Origin: Raillietiella orientalis
Taxonomy: Eukaryota
NCBI GenBank assembly: GCA_036172245.1
Contig: JAYWIR010000052.1
Coordinates: 372,001-436,000 of the forward strand
Direction: 5' to 3'
Length of the DNA: 64,000 nt
Shown here: in pieces, positions 60,001-64,000 of the stretch
How the letters are laid out: every line of letters starts with the position of its first letter
Position numbering within the stretch: position 1 is the first letter of the stretch
The notes under the pieces: model-generated
Seen by the model: only the letters and a program-made list of their open reading frames with translations
The model's database searches: none
What the model was told of the DNA's origin: nothing
Translations under genes and position numbers: made by a program

Positions 60001-63000
60001 ACGCATCGACGCGGTGGCAGCACCAGCGGCGGCAGAAGCAGGGACACCGCCGGCGGACACCCGTCGCTCCGCGTGACCAAGGAAACGATCGGCTTGCAAA
60101 CACCACCCGGCCGAAAGCGGTTCCCAGGAACAGGGAGATTGGGGGAGGAGGGGTGGGGGAGATCCCCTGTTCCCACGTGCCCCTCCCTGCTGTCCGAGCT
60201 CTTCTCCTGGACGGAGGCCGGTAGAAGTTGCTTTCCTTGGCTGATGACGCGCGCCCTCACGCGTTTGAGCGGCCCAACAGAGCGCGGAGAGGAGGGGGGG
60301 GGGAATTCTGTTTATAGCGCACAGCTGTCCACGATGGGAAGAACTCACCACAAACGGACAGGCGTCCTTTCCGGGGCTCGCAGCTCGCGCTCTGGAGCTG
60401 GTTGGAGGCCACGTTGTTGGCTGGGGGTTCCTTCAGGGCTGGGACTGACCCCACGCCCGCTCGCGAGCGACGCCGGTGGGTGCGGGACGAGCCCCTCTCC
60501 CGTTCACCGTGGGGATGGAGTAGCGGGCCCACTCAAAGGGCGAACTTCAGGGTCGGAAACCGTGGGCGGCTCGCGGCGAGTGGCGACCGCCCAAGGGATG
60601 AGGCCGTCCGGCGTCCCGTGACCGCGTGGAACGGGGGGACCGGCGAGACCCTAGCCGAGGCGGACCCATCCGAGACACTGGGTCCGGCGAGGCAATCCCC
60701 ATCCTGCCGCCCTGCGGTCGACCGCGCGCGAACGCACGCGCGGTCGACCCCGCGCCTGCGCCTGACCGCAGGCCAGGCAGAAGACCTCGGCGCAGCATGG
60801 CGCGCTCTGCCGCGTCCTGGGAAGGCGGCGGCACTCGGAAGGGAGCCAGCAGAGTGCGGGGGTGGCAGCCGAGCGCGCTCTTCGCTCGAGGGAGGGTACC
60901 CGCCCGGTCCGCGCCACCAACGTCTCCGCCCTCCGTCCTGTGGGGGCTGCCGCGCGACGGAAGAAAGGGAGAGGCTGCCCTCGGCCGGGGGAAGGGCCGC
61001 TCTCGAGAGGCGCGGCGGCGGCGCGCGAGGTCTTCCTCCCCCCTGCCTTTCGGCGGTTTCTCGTCAAGGTGCTCTCGGTAGAAGGACGATGGACCTGGGC
61101 AAAGAAGGGGAGGGGGAAAGGGCCGCGTGCGAGCGCTCACCCATTCTCCCTCCTCCCTCCTCCACAGTCTGTGGCTTTCCCGTTTCCCTGGAGACAGCGT
61201 TTCTCGCCCTTCCCTCCTCCGCCGTCGCCGACGCTTCGCCACTCCGCCGAGATCCGTCCCCGTTGGCCAAGGACGCCCACCCATCTTCCTGTCCCCTCCT
61301 CCGTCCCACACTCCTCCGTCGTTATGGCAACCCCTGCAACCTCCCTGCGAGGCGCTTCCCGCGCCGGGATCGCCGCCGGGAGCCGCCAGCTGTCCCGGAG
61401 GGCGGACCTCGGGCAGGCACGCGAGCCCTTTCAGCGTGGCCCGCACCTGCCACAGTTCTTCCTAAACGTCGGAGCCGGTTTCCCGGGAAACAGCGGCGTC
61501 TGCGGAGCGGGACGGGATCCAGAGGGGGGAGCAGGGAGGCTCCCTGGTGGGAGGGCGGGAGAACCAGGACGCTGCGCCCCCCGGAGCGGCATTTCGGGCG
61601 GAGTAACGAGAAGACGGCAGACAAGGAAGGAGAGGTGGAGGCTGGGAAGCAGCGCGCGCGTTAGCTGCCGCCTCCAGGGGCGCGCGGCGATGGTGATCCG
61701 GGACGGGAGAACAGGACGCCTGAGCGCTGTATCCTGGAGCGGAGACCGCGATTGCCAGCGGCGACGACGGGCGTTCCCTCTCGGGGATAGCGCCCGGGAG
61801 CACAGCCTCCCGGCCGGCAGGGGCGATCCAGGCGAGGGGCCGAGGCCTGCGGAAGAGGGCGACGCGGGAGTGCCGCTGCCGGCAGGGTTGCTGGGGTGGG
61901 GAGGTCGCCGATGGGCGGCCTCCTGATGGTTCAGAAGGCCGCCGCTAGATGGTTCCGAGCGTCGCCACTGGCTTTCGGATCCCCTCTCCGACGCCATGGC
62001 AAAGGGCGCTGGGGACAGGGGTAGAGGATCCCCGCTGGACCGCTGTCGGCCGGCTGGAGCAGCGGCGACGAGCGCCACCGCTTCCTCCTTTTCCTCTTCC
62101 CTCCATGCCCTTTTCCTATCCACTGCCTCCACCCCGTCGCGACTCGAGCGCGCTGCTGCCACCTGACAGGAGTGTCGGCAAGCTGTCCTCCCGGGAGGAG
62201 CGGCGATCAAGGGGGACGCGCTCCCTTCCCTTCCGGATGCTGACCGCACGCTCGTACGAAGGGAGTACATGCGGGGAGGGCACTGGGACCTCGTAACAGG
62301 ACTCTGGGCATCCAACGCCTCCAGATGGGCGTCTCTTTGGCCACCTCCGGGTGCTCCTTCCGCACCTCCCCCTCTTCTCCACCTTCCCGGAGGAGGCACG
62401 AGGATCGGGAAGACGATGGGAGGAGCTTCAGTGACCCTCCGGAGGACGGAGAAGGGAAGGGACCATTTCCTGGCACGAACTCCTCTCCCAGGGGGGGAGG
62501 AGAGAGACCCCGCCCCAGCGGTCCAGGTCCGCCCGCTACCCCGGGATTCCCCTTTCAGCTTCTCCCATCCCTCTCGGGAGGATTTCGCTCCTGTGAGAAA
62601 AAAGGAAGAGGGGAGGTCATCGCTCGGGGGGAGGAGAGGATCATCGCGGGTCCCCCGGACACGCCAACTCCCCAGAGCATCCCGCGGAAGGCAGAGGGCA
62701 CGGAACTCAGGGCGAAGTCCCGTGACGTCCCGAGATCTCGCGGCTCTCCTGCACTGCTCCTCGCTCTCCCCGGAAGGAGGAGGAGATGCACGAGGTCAGC
62801 AACGCCTCAAGGGAAGTACCTCCCAGGGAGGGGCCGCGCCCGCCTCCTCCTCTCCCTCACTGTCCGCGTCGTCGTTTCCATCTCGCGATTTCGCGTTTCC
62901 CTGGAGACCAGCAGAATCTCTCCCGCTTTGACGCTTCTTCTACTCCGCGGAAAGCCGCCTTTTGGCGGAGGTCTTCCATCCACGTCCCTATCCGCTTGCC

Positions 63001-64000
63001 ACCCATCCCTCCCACGTGCCCACCCATTTTCCTTCCGCCTACCTCCCACTCCTCCTCCACCTGCTGGTTCCATCACCTTCGTCGTCGTGTCTTCATCACC
63101 GATCCATGCGTGGACCCGTTGCCTAGCAAACCGTCCCGTCGTCTCTTGCCGCCGTCATCCTCCCTTCTGTGTCCACGATCCTGGGCGGATGGCGCTGTCC
63201 TTCTGCCTTGCCCCGCATTCCACCTGCTCACCCTCCTCGCGGCATCTCCGGATGAGCCAACGGGCAACGGCAAGTCAAAGAGGGTGCTCTCTCCTTTCCT
63301 TCGTCTGAACCCCGGGGCGAGGAAGAGGCGCCCCCCCTCAGTAGCATCTGCCGGATTCGTCGGGTGGACGACGGCAAGGGCGGGATGCTGGAGAGAGGGC
63401 GTAGAGTCGCCCCTGGAAGACCCTTCGAAAGACCAGGACCCTCTCCGCTCTGCCACAAGCTCTTCTTGCCTTCCCCTACGAGCCCTCCACCTCGTGGGGC
63501 AGGGAGGCGGGGGAGGTCACCTCGCAAATTGGACGCACTCCCTTCCTTGTCGTGAGGGCGGCGATTTCGGAGCGCTCGTGGAGGAGGTGGGAGTGGACCC
63601 AGGGACTGCTGGGAAGGGAAGGTCTGGATCCCCTCCAGAGCTTCGCTTCCGCTCACCCGTTCCCAAGATTCCTTTCCTTCCAGCGAGAGGGAAGGGGCGC
63701 CGCAGGTTCCTCGTCGTTCCCACTGCGGATTGGGGGGGACGGGATGGGAGGAGGACCCGCGCTTTTCCCGAAAGGCAGCGAATGAGGGGCCAGGGGGTGG
63801 GGTCCCCTAGGGAGGGGGCGGCTCCATCGAAGGCTATCCGGGATCTTCGCGGGTCGAGGAACCCCCCCTTCCTAGTCGTTCCCTTCTTTCCCCTCTAGTC
63901 TTTTAGGGATGCGGTGGTCCTTCCCTGTTATGTGGACTGCCCGGATGCGCGAGGGCGACGCGCAGGAGGCGCCACGCGATTCCTCAGGCGTGGACGCATG

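Overview
This is GC-rich nuclear DNA from an invertebrate animal, probably an ecdysozoan. The evidence is spliceosomal introns mostly 54-76 nt long, many microsatellites and homopolymers, and a tRNA-Glu(TTC) almost identical to the Drosophila gene as I recall it. Well-supported features: (1) a minus-strand GLIS2/sugarbabe-family zinc-finger gene (~4582->1914) with an extra duplicated ZF4-ZF5 pair, giving 7 fingers instead of 5; (2) a plus-strand LMO7/LIMCH1/smallish-family gene (coding exons 34368-35966; DUF4757-type region, one LIM domain, PDZ-binding tail); (3) two tRNA-Glu genes (CTC at 42991, TTC at 56730); (4) a decayed SPDEF/Ets98B/ets-4-type ETS pseudogene at ~45.8-46.1 kb with further fragments around it. 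Less obvious structures: a 33-bp pre-miRNA-like hairpin at 19345-19417 whose minus-strand 3p arm carries the miR-100/miR-51 seed; a dispersed ~0.55-0.85 kb repeat, one copy bounded by long degenerate inverted ends; a ~1-kb AT-rich island with internal inverted, permuted repeats; a 36-bp minisatellite; and several perfect palindromes. Most ORFs in the supplied track are GC-driven noise. All family assignments are from memory of motifs; no searches were run.
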